Shown: in pieces, positions 8,006 to 15,414 of the stretch | Layout: each line of letters opens with the position of its first letter | Position numbering within the stretch: position 1 is the first letter of the stretch | NCBI GenBank assembly: GCA_052390515.1 | Contig: JBQTGV010000015.1 | Location: 1-19,586 of the forward strand | DNA from: Candidatus Eiseniibacteriota bacterium | GTDB lineage: Bacteria > ARS69 | Length of the DNA stretch: 19,586 bases | Direction of reading: 5' to 3' | The notes under the pieces: generated by a model | What the model was told of the DNA's origin: nothing | Databases searched by the model: none | Seen by the model: the letters and a program-made list of their open reading frames with translations, nothing else | Translations under genes and position numbers: made by a program

Positions 8006-9361
8006 GTGAAGAAGGTGCTCATCGCCGCCGGCGCCGTCGTCGTGCTCGGCGTCGTCATCGCCCTCAACGTCCAGCGTGCCCGCGAGAAGGCCGTGAGCGT
8101 CGAGATCGTCTCCGTCGGACGGAAGACACTCGTTGAGACCGTGTCCGGCTCCGGACGGATCGAAGCGCGCAAGTCGGTGAGCATCACCTCGCGGGTGGTC
8201 GGCAAGGTCCTGGAGGTGAACGCCGAGGAAGGGGACCGCGTCGAGGCCGGCACGGTGATCCTGCGCATCGACCCCGGCGAGCGGCAGGCCGCGCTGGACC
8301 AGGCCACGGCGAACCTGGCCCGCGGCGAGGCGAGCGTCGCGCTGGCCGAGGCCGAGCTGCGCAAGGCCGAGTTCGAGCTGGAGCGCGTGAAGGGGCTCGT
8401 CTCCGCGGGCCTCTCGTCGGCGCAGGCAATGGAGTCGGCGGAGACGAGCCACGCCGTGGCCTCGGCGCGGGTCCGCGAAGCGCAGGAGCTGGTCCGCGCG
8501 GAGCGCGCGGCGGTCGCGCAGTCCCGCTACGAGCTGGACAAGACCGTGATCGTGGCGGAGATCCCCGGAGTCATCGTGCGGCTCTCCGTGGAGGAGGGCG
8601 AGAACGTGCTCGCCGGCGATCTCTACAACGAAGGGTCGCCGATCGTGGTCATCGCCGATCTCTCCGAGATGGAAGCGCAGATCCTGGTCGACGAGACCGA
8701 GGTGGTGAAGGTGCGCGACGGCCAGACCGCCGAGGTCGAGGTGGACGCGTTCCCGGACCGCAAGCTCTCGGGCCGGGTGTTCGAAGTGGGCAACAGCGCT
8801 TACAACGCCGGCCCGCTCGGCTCGCAGGAGGCCAAGGACTTCCGCGTGCGCATCCTGCTCGAGGAGGTGCCGGAGAGCCTTCGCCCGGGACTCTCGGCGC
8901 GCGCCGAGGTGGAGACGGACCGCCGGGAGGACGCGCTCGCCGTGCCGATCGCGGCGCTGACCATCCGCGATCCCGAGGAGGAGCGCGAGAAGGCCGAAGG
9001 GCGCCGCTCGAAGCGGGGACGCGCGGAGGCCGCCGCTTCCGCCTCGGCCGGCGACACGACGGCGGCCGACACGACGTCCGCCGAGGAGACCCGCGAGAAG
9101 GAGGGGGTCTTCGTCGTCCGGGACGGCCGCGCAGTCTTCTTCGAGGTGGAGACCGGGATCGCCGGGGAGAAGGACTTCGAGGTCGTGTCCGGCCTGGCCG
9201 AGGGCGACGAGATCGTTCAGGGCCCCTTCGAGGCGGTCCGCACGCTCGACTCCGGCGCCAAGGTGAAGCGGCAGAGCTCGAAGAAGGCGAAGGGCGGCAA
9301 GTCGGACGGGGGCGAGGACGAGGGCGCCGGCGAGGAAGCGGAATCTCCCGGAGACGAGTGA
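8006..9361 (+). CDS. MacA-like periplasmic adaptor (membrane fusion protein), 451 aa
   Basis: N-terminal anchor helix, lipoyl half-motifs (V.GKVLEV..EEGDRVEAG; I.AEIPGVI…VEEGE), alpha-helical hairpin, VDE.EV..V..GQ…VDAFPD, LRPGLSA, SGL.EGDEIV. Confidence 0.9.
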   Translation: MKKVLIAAGAVVVLGVVIALNVQRAREKAVSVEIVSVGRKTLVETVSGSGRIEARKSVSITSRVVGKVLEVNAEEGDRVEAGTVILRIDPGERQAALDQATANLARGEASVALAEAELRKAEFELERVKGLVSAGLSSAQAMESAETSHAVASARVREAQELVRAERAAVAQSRYELDKTVIVAEIPGVIVRLSVEEGENVLAGDLYNEGSPIVVIADLSEMEAQILVDETEVVKVRDGQTAEVEVDAFPDRKLSGRVFEVGNSAYNAGPLGSQEAKDFRVRILLEEVPESLRPGLSARAEVETDRREDALAVPIAALTIRDPEEEREKAEGRRSKRGRAEAAASASAGDTTAADTTSAEETREKEGVFVVRDGRAVFFEVETGIAGEKDFEVVSGLAEGDEIVQGPFEAVRTLDSGAKVKRQSSKKAKGGKSDGGEDEGAGEEAESPGDE

Positions 9362-9362
9362 C

Positions 9363-10592
9363 ATGCAGCTCGCGGAGGGGATCCGCGTCGCGTTCGGATC
9401 GCTGTGGGCCTACAAGCTGCGCACCTTCCTGACCGTGCTCGGCAACATCGTCGCGGTCACCTCGGTCATCGCCGTCGTCTCGCTGATCGACGGCGTGGAC
9501 CTCTTCGTGCGCGAGGAGATCGCCGACGAGGGCTCCAACACGCTGACCCTCCGCCGCATCGACGAGCTGGAGGTGCTCACCAACTTCGACCGCTTCCTCG
9601 AGGCCCTGCACAACCCCGAGATCACGCTCGACGACTACCGCGCGCTGCGCGAGGAGAACTTCGCCGCGGTGGAACGCGTCGCGGCGACGGCCAGCGCGAC
9701 GGGCCGGGTCGAAGGAGGGACTCGCTCCATCAAGGAAGTTCTCATCGAGGGCTGGACCGCCGACTTCCCGTCCTTCCGGGACGCGGACCTCACCGCAGGT
9801 CGGCACTTCAACGACTTCGAGGAGCTCTCCAGCCGGCCGGTCGCGGTGATCGGATCGGGGATCGCCGAGCGGCTGATCCAGGAGCGGGACGCGGTGGGCC
9901 GAACGATCCGGGTCAACGGCCGGCACCTCACCATCCTCGGCGTCCTGAAGGAGGAGAAGGAGGTACTGGGTCACGACCCCAACCTCGTCGTGATCACGCC
10001 GCTGGGCCGCTTCCTCAAGACCTTCGGCGGGGAGCGATCCATCGACGTGCGCTTCCGCGTGGACGCTCCGGAGAACCTGGACGAGGCCCGCGACGAGGTT
10101 GGCCTGGCCATGCGCATTCGCCACCGGCTCAAGCCGAGTGAGAAGGACGACTTCGCGGTGACGTCTTCGGAGCGGATCGTCGCCTTGTGGAGGTCGATCT
10201 CGCAAATGATCTTCACCGCGCTCGTGGCCCTGGTGTCCATCTCGCTCGTGATCGGCGGCGTGGTCATCATGAACATCATGCTGGTCTCCGTGACCGAGCG
10301 CACCCGTGAGATCGGCACGCGCAAGGCGCTGGGGGCGCGGCGGCTCGACATCCTCTGGCAATTCCTGGTGGAGGCGGTGACGCTGTCCATGACCGGCGGC
10401 GCGCTGGGCATCCTCCTGGGCTTCGGCCTGGCCAGCCTCATCTCCGTCGTCACGCCGCTGCCCTACGCCGTCGAGCCGTGGTCCATCGTCGCCGGGCTGC
10501 TGGTGACGTTCGTGGTAGGCATCTTCTTCGGGCTGTACCCCGCGAACCGGGCCGCGCGGCTCGACCCGGTGGAGGCGCTGCGCCGTGAGTGA
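9363..10592 (+). CDS. MacB/FtsX-type ABC transporter permease, 409 aa
   Basis: KLRTFLTVLG, large periplasmic domain, IGGVVIMNIMLVSVTERTREIG.RKALGA, FFGLYPANRAARLDPVEALR. Confidence 0.93.
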   Translation: MQLAEGIRVAFGSLWAYKLRTFLTVLGNIVAVTSVIAVVSLIDGVDLFVREEIADEGSNTLTLRRIDELEVLTNFDRFLEALHNPEITLDDYRALREENFAAVERVAATASATGRVEGGTRSIKEVLIEGWTADFPSFRDADLTAGRHFNDFEELSSRPVAVIGSGIAERLIQERDAVGRTIRVNGRHLTILGVLKEEKEVLGHDPNLVVITPLGRFLKTFGGERSIDVRFRVDAPENLDEARDEVGLAMRIRHRLKPSEKDDFAVTSSERIVALWRSISQMIFTALVALVSISLVIGGVVIMNIMLVSVTERTREIGTRKALGARRLDILWQFLVEAVTLSMTGGALGILLGFGLASLISVVTPLPYAVEPWSIVAGLLVTFVVGIFFGLYPANRAARLDPVEALRRE

Positions 10593-11847
10593 GCGGGCCG
10601 ACACCTTCTCGCGCACCGCGGAGCTCCGCGAGTCGGTGCGGCTCGCGCTGGACGTGCTGCGCGCGCACAAGATGCGCTCGAGTCTCGTCGTGCTCGGCGT
10701 CGCCATCGGCGTCACCGTGCTGATGGGCATGGTGGCGGTGCTGCGCGGACTCGCCGCGAAGATCGAGGCGGAGATCACCGCATCGGACAAGCCCACGGTG
10801 ACGCTCTCGCGCTTCGACTTCATCACCGAAGGGGACCCCACCGACGACAAGGTGCTGGCGCGGCCGGACATCATGCCGGAGGACGCCGGGGCGCTGGAGC
10901 GGCTGTGCCGTTCGGTGGGGCTCGCCGAGTTCTACTATGACACCACGTCGTTCGTCATCATGCACCACGGCGACGAGCGCACGCGCCCGATCGGCATCAA
11001 CGGCAGCGGCCCGAACGCGGTCTACGTGTTCAACGTGAAGCTGGCGCGCGGCCGTTTCTTCACCGACGTGGAAGTGGCGAACCGGGCGCAGGTGATCGTG
11101 ATCGGCCACGCTCCGGCGGAGGATCTGTTCCCGAGCGTGGATCCGATCGGCCGGCGAGTGCGCGTCGGCGACGATCACTTCGAGGTCATCGGCGTGGCCG
11201 CCGCGCGCAAGTCCATCTTCGGAGGTCTCGGCGACAGCTTCGCGCTGGTGCCCTGGACGACGTTCGAGAAGCGGATCGCGCGGGAGTACGATCCGCGCTA
11301 CGTGTACATGACCGTGGCGGACGGATACACGCCGAGCGACGTGGAGCAGGAAGCCCGCGCGGTGATGCGCATGCGGCACGGCCTGCGGCCCGCGGACAAG
11401 GACGACTTCGTGCTGACCTCGGCGGACCGGGTGAACGAGTTCGTGAAGCGGATCACCGGACCGATCGGCATGGTGCTCGTGGCGATGTCGTCGATCGGGC
11501 TGACCGTCGGCGGGATCGGCGTGATGAACATCATGCTCGTGTCCGTGACGGAGCGCACACGCGAGATCGGCATCCGCATGGCGCTGGGCGCGCGGCGGCG
11601 CACCATCCTGACCCAGTTCCTGATCGAGGCGGGCACGCTGACCGGAATCGGCGGAGCCGTCGGCGTCGCGGCGGGCTTCGGTCTGGCGGACATGATCGGC
11701 CGGTTGCTGGACTTCCCGGCGGCCGTGCACCCGCTGGCGGCGCTGCTCGGTGTCGTGTTCTCCACCGGTATCGGTGTCTTCTTCGGGCTCTACCCGGCGC
11801 ACCGCGCATCCCGCCTCGATCCGATCGACGCGCTCCGGTACGAATGA
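10585..11847 (+). CDS. MacB/FtsX-type ABC transporter permease, 420 aa
   Basis: HKMRSSL..LG, VGGIGVMNIMLVSVTERTREIGIRMALGA, FFGLYPA.RAS.LDPIDALRYE; overlaps the previous gene by 8 nt. Confidence 0.93.
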   Translation: MSERADTFSRTAELRESVRLALDVLRAHKMRSSLVVLGVAIGVTVLMGMVAVLRGLAAKIEAEITASDKPTVTLSRFDFITEGDPTDDKVLARPDIMPEDAGALERLCRSVGLAEFYYDTTSFVIMHHGDERTRPIGINGSGPNAVYVFNVKLARGRFFTDVEVANRAQVIVIGHAPAEDLFPSVDPIGRRVRVGDDHFEVIGVAAARKSIFGGLGDSFALVPWTTFEKRIAREYDPRYVYMTVADGYTPSDVEQEARAVMRMRHGLRPADKDDFVLTSADRVNEFVKRITGPIGMVLVAMSSIGLTVGGIGVMNIMLVSVTERTREIGIRMALGARRRTILTQFLIEAGTLTGIGGAVGVAAGFGLADMIGRLLDFPAAVHPLAALLGVVFSTGIGVFFGLYPAHRASRLDPIDALRYE

Positions 11848-13694
11848 CGCGCTCCGAAGGGGCAGGGTGGAAGGCGCTCGCGGTGACCGGGGCGCTGGCG
11901 CTCGCGTACCGGCTCGTCTACCAGGGGGAGCTGTCGGCGCGCCCTGAGTTCCTGCAGCCGGTGCTGGACGGTGCGGCGCATGAGGAGTGGGCGCGCGGGT
12001 TGCTGGACGGGACGTGGCCGCCGCGGGAAGCGTTCTTCCGCGCGCCGGGGTACGTGGTCTGGCTGGCGGGGCTGCTCGCCGCGGCGGGCGATGCGGCGGC
12101 GGCGGCGCGCGTGCAGGTCGTCGTGGGTGCGGTGACGGCGGTGCTGACGGCAGCGCTCGCCGGGCGGCTCTTCGGGCGGCGCGCGGCGTGGATCGGCGGG
12201 GTGGGCGCCGCGGTGTACCCGACGACGGCGTTCTTCGACGGGCAGTTCCTGGAGCCTGTCTTGGCGGTGCCGCTGACCGCCGCCGGGACGCTGCTCACGT
12301 TGGGGGCGCTGGAGCGAGGAGGCGCACGGCGAATCGCCGGCGCGGGCCTCGTGTGGAGCGTGGCGGCGGTCGTTCGGCCGACGCTGCTTCCGGCGGGGTT
12401 GCTGCTGCCGGTGGGACTCCTGGCGTGGCGGCCGGGGCCGGCCGTCCCGGCGGGGCGAAGCTCCGGCGAAGGCCGCTTCCGCGCGCGCGACGCCGTGGTG
12501 GCGCTGGTGGCGGCGATGTCGTTGCCGCTCGTCGTCACGGCGCGGAACGCGGCCGTCGGTGACCCGGTGTTCCTGGCGAGCCAGGGCGGGCTCAACTTCT
12601 ACATCGGGAACGGTGCGCACGCCGACGGCATGTCGGCGACGTTCCCGGACCGGCCGGACGCGCTCGGCTACCGCATGATCGAGGAGGCGGAGCGGATCGC
12701 CGAGCGGGAAGCGGGGAGGACACTCGGGTCCGCGGAGGTATCCTCGTACTGGACGCGGCGCGCGCTTGACGACATCGCTGCCGACCCGGGGCGCTGGGCG
12801 GCGCTGCTGGCGAAGAAGACGTTCCTCTTCTGGGGAGCGCGCGAGATTCCCAACAACCACGACTCGGTGATGTTCGCGGAGTTCCTGCCGGTGCTGCGCT
12901 GGACTCCAGGCTGGGCGACGTGGGCCGCGCTCGGGATCCTCGGACTGTGGATCGGGCGTGTGCGCCGAGACGTGCGCTTCGCCGGAGCCGTCGTGGCGAC
13001 GATCCTGGCCGGCTGCGTGCTTTTCTTCGTGAACGATCGCTTCCGAGTTCCTGCGGCGCCGATCCTGATCGCTCTGGGCGCGGGAGCCGCCTGCGAGGCG
13101 CTGGAGCAGACGCGTGCCGGTCGGCGGCGGGCGGCGGTGGGCGTGGTGGCGGCGTTCGTGGCCTTGACCACGCTGATGCGCTGGAATCCGTGGGGCATCC
13201 CGGCGGAGCCGTGGCCGGTGTCGTACGTGCTGATGGCGGAAGCGGAGGCGGCGCGCGGCGAGCCGGTGCGCGCGCTTCTCTGGATCGAGCGCGTGCTCGA
13301 GAGGGAACCGGGCTTCTACGCGGCGAGGATCGCGCAGATCGATCTCTTGCGGCGGGCGGGGCGGATCGAGGAGGCGCGCGTCGTCGCCGAGCGCGGAGTG
13401 CAGCTCCTGCCGGCGGATGCCGCGCTACGTAGCGAGCTGGCGTCTCTGCTCGATCTCGGCGGCGATCCGGCGGCGGCGCTCGCACAGGTGGAGGAGGCGC
13501 TGCGGCTCGATCCGGCGTTCGCGCCGGCGCGGGTCAACCGCGCGATCATCCTGGCGCGGCTGGGGCGCGCCGAGCCGGCGGTGGCGGCGCTTCGCGAGCT
13601 GCTCGCGGAGGACCCCGGCTCGACGGAGGCGGCGCGCGCGCGGGAGGCGCTGCGCGGGATCGAGTCGGGGAAGGTCGGCGTGGCGCCGCATTGA
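11844..13694 (+). CDS. ArnT/PMT-like (GT-C) polytopic glycosyltransferase with C-terminal TPR repeats, 616 aa
   Basis: First loop P.LD…H.EWA…F.RAPGY, many hydrophobic helices, GGLNFYIGN loop, FFVNDRFR.P, C-terminal TPR-like helices (ALRLDPAFAPARVNRA); ATGA overlap with the permease. Confidence 0.8.
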   Translation: MTRSEGAGWKALAVTGALALAYRLVYQGELSARPEFLQPVLDGAAHEEWARGLLDGTWPPREAFFRAPGYVVWLAGLLAAAGDAAAAARVQVVVGAVTAVLTAALAGRLFGRRAAWIGGVGAAVYPTTAFFDGQFLEPVLAVPLTAAGTLLTLGALERGGARRIAGAGLVWSVAAVVRPTLLPAGLLLPVGLLAWRPGPAVPAGRSSGEGRFRARDAVVALVAAMSLPLVVTARNAAVGDPVFLASQGGLNFYIGNGAHADGMSATFPDRPDALGYRMIEEAERIAEREAGRTLGSAEVSSYWTRRALDDIAADPGRWAALLAKKTFLFWGAREIPNNHDSVMFAEFLPVLRWTPGWATWAALGILGLWIGRVRRDVRFAGAVVATILAGCVLFFVNDRFRVPAAPILIALGAGAACEALEQTRAGRRRAAVGVVAAFVALTTLMRWNPWGIPAEPWPVSYVLMAEAEAARGEPVRALLWIERVLEREPGFYAARIAQIDLLRRAGRIEEARVVAERGVQLLPADAALRSELASLLDLGGDPAAALAQVEEALRLDPAFAPARVNRAIILARLGRAEPAVAALRELLAEDPGSTEAARAREALRGIESGKVGVAPH

Positions 13695-13720
13695 CGCTTT
13701 GCGGCGGCGGAGGCTAGATT
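13691..13720 (+). promoter_or_regulatory. sigma70-type promoter for tRNA-Arg
   Basis: TTGACG (13691-13696)-N18-TAGATT (13715-13720), 15 nt upstream of the tRNA. Confidence 0.7.
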
Positions 13721-13735
13721 CCCCGGGCCGCATTC

Positions 13736-13812
13736 GCCCCCGTAGCTCAGGTGGATAGAGCAGCGGTTTCCTAAACCGTTTGTCGGGTGTTCGAGTCACC
13801 CCGGGGGCACCA
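13736..13812 (+). tRNA. tRNA-Arg(CCT)
   Basis: Acceptor stem gcccccg/cgggggc + ACCA; anticodon arm gcggt-ttCCTaa-accgt; T-arm gggtg-ttcgagt-caccc. Confidence 0.96.
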
Positions 13813-13897
13813 CCTGTCCCTCCTCCGAGGCGAGAACCGAGCAACCCCCCGAAAGCCTGAGCGGGCCATCCCTGGAAGGGCGGCGAACCGCGTCGCT

Positions 13898-14596
13898 TCA
13901 TCCGCCCGCCGCGCGCGGCTTCGCGCCCAGGATGGCCAGCCACAGCACGACGATGAACTCCCCGAAGTAGAGCGGTAAGGCGAACTTCTCGACCGTCCTG
14001 GCGCTCGCCGGGAACGCGATCCCGACCACGCAGGTCACGACGTACGCAACGCCCGAGAGGATGAGCAGCACGCCCAGAAACCTCGGAAGGAAGCCCGACT
14101 TGATCGTGAGAACCGCGAAGGGGAACAGCCACAGTCCCCAGATCGACGTCAGCAGCAGTCCCTGCCTGTCGCCCAGCTTGATGGACGCGTACGTGAGCGC
14201 CTCGAGCTGGGGCTGTTCCAACGGAGAGAGATAGTCCGCGCCGCTCAGCAGGATCAGCGGCGCCAAGTCCCACGTGAAGTTGGCGAACCCGGCGGCAATG
14301 CCGGTTCCGACGAGAGCGACCATGAGGAGCGCCTGAGTGCGGTCCACGTCCTTGAAAAGGCGATACAGCGCGAGCATCACGAGGATGAAGAGAAACTGGG
14401 TGACCAGGTCGATCAGGATGGTGAAGCGATAGAGCTGCTCGTCGGCGAGGATGTTGCGCGCGGTGCCGGCGGCATCACCGGAAACGATGAATCGGGGGTG
14501 GAGATAGAAGTAGCCGAGTATCGCGAAGAGGGACATCGCGAGATAGAGGAGGCCGGCCTGTCGGGCGGTGGCCTTGATCTCGGCGGCTGACGGCAT
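13898..14596 (-). CDS. DUF4386-like multi-pass membrane protein, 232 aa
   Basis: TAR.AGLLYL, V.GDAA.TA.NI, LYRLFK.V, WGLWLFPF…KSGFLPRFLG.LL…GVAY, GE….LWL.I.G, recognised from memory of the family; SD aggagggga before ATG 14596. Confidence 0.75.
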   Translation of the reverse strand: MPSAAEIKATARQAGLLYLAMSLFAILGYFYLHPRFIVSGDAAGTARNILADEQLYRFTILIDLVTQFLFILVMLALYRLFKDVDRTQALLMVALVGTGIAAGFANFTWDLAPLILLSGADYLSPLEQPQLEALTYASIKLGDRQGLLLTSIWGLWLFPFAVLTIKSGFLPRFLGVLLILSGVAYVVTCVVGIAFPASARTVEKFALPLYFGEFIVVLWLAILGAKPRAAGG

Positions 14597-14818
14597 GGGT
14601 TCCCCTCCTGGGTGTGTTGGGGATGCCGGCAGTACGGATAGGCAGGCACTTGGTTGCAAGCCGGCCAAGTCCCGGCCGAACTTCGGCGGCGGCGAACAAC
14701 ACCTGCGGCGGTGACACCGGGGCACTCGGAGAGGGGTGCGGTACCGCGGGACGGGCACGGGAGACCTGGGCCCCGATCAAGGCCCGGTACCAGGAGCCGC
14801 TGCGTGCCAAGAACCCCC

Positions 14819-14848
14819 TTGCGCGCGCGTATGGCTCTGCGCTAATCT
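14819..14848 (+). promoter_or_regulatory. Putative sigma70 promoter of the accessory cluster
   Basis: TTGCGC (14819-14824)-N18-TAATCT (14843-14848), directly before a structured segment. Confidence 0.5.
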
Positions 14849-14851
14849 GCG

Positions 14852-15040
14852 TTTGCCCGCCACAAATCCCCCGTGGCACTGGGCGAAGTGACAGACATCG
14901 GCAGGCGGGGCGCTGGCCTGCCCGTGTCGGTTGTCGTCGGCGTGCTCCGTCTCTGCTCTGCACATCCCCAGTTCGACATCGACAGAGCGCGCCTCCGCTG
15001 CGTCGGACGCGAGTGCGGCTGCTGAGACGAAACGCCGCGG
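14852..15040 (+). ncRNA. Candidate structured leader or small RNA (unknown family)
   Basis: Hand-folded consecutive stem-loops (14852-14887, 14894-14928, multibranch 14939-15036); two loops contain AUCCCC. Confidence 0.35.
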
Positions 15041-15060
15041 CCAGAGAGGAGGGCGGGCCA

Positions 15061-15414
15061 ATGAGCGTGATCGCGCAGAGCCGCGCGACGCTGGACAAAG
15101 CGTTGGTCGACTCGAAACTGACAGTCCTCCTGCTCCTCGGGCCCCGCGGCGGCCGAGAACAGGCTATCCACGATCTGGCGCAGTCCTCGGTGACCGAGCC
15201 GTGGCGACGCACGTTTCTGGTGACCGCACCGACTCTGCTCACGGCTGCGGAGTTCACGCGCTGGTTCAAGGGCTCGACGGGTCGTTATACCGTGATCGGT
15301 GGCACCGGGCGAGTCGTCGCAGCCAGCGGCGCATGCTCTCAGCTCCTGCGCGCCGACGGCGGTCCGTCCATCATCCGGATCCGCCAGGCTTTCGTCCAAG
15401 GAGACTTGGCATGA
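15061..15414 (+). CDS. Hypothetical protein, 117 aa
   Basis: Strong SD (gaggaggg, 15046-15053) before ATG 15061; stop overlaps the next start (ATGA); alternating alpha/beta pattern; no signal peptide. Confidence 0.7.
   Translation: MSVIAQSRATLDKALVDSKLTVLLLLGPRGGREQAIHDLAQSSVTEPWRRTFLVTAPTLLTAAEFTRWFKGSTGRYTVIGGTGRVVAASGACSQLLRADGGPSIIRIRQAFVQGDLA

Noticed and set aside
10251-11847. Repeated nucleotide blocks between the 3' halves of the two permeases (atgaacatcatgct…gagatcggca)
   Set aside because: Explained by paralogous MacB-family protein motifs, not a DNA repeat element
11844-13694. Visibly G-rich + strand in the glycosyltransferase gene, as a possible skew switch or foreign origin
   Set aside because: Can be explained by Ala/Gly/Val/Trp-rich composition and G-ending codons; the gene is coupled to the operon and the window is too small to infer a replication skew switch
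14644-14658. sigma54-like AGGCACTTGGTTGCA (and TTGGCACGCAGCGGC on the minus strand near 14796-14810)
   Set aside because: GG-to-GC spacing is 9 nt rather than the strictly required 10
14710-14726. gtgacaccggggcac resembling the tRNA-Arg 3' end (gtcaccccgggggcac) as a possible att scar
   Set aside because: Short, needs gaps and mismatches, expected by chance in high-GC sequence, and no integrase nearby
14961-14985. gttcga as a possible tRNA T-loop or tRNA remnant
   Set aside because: Flanks do not form a T-stem, and there is no acceptor stem or CCA
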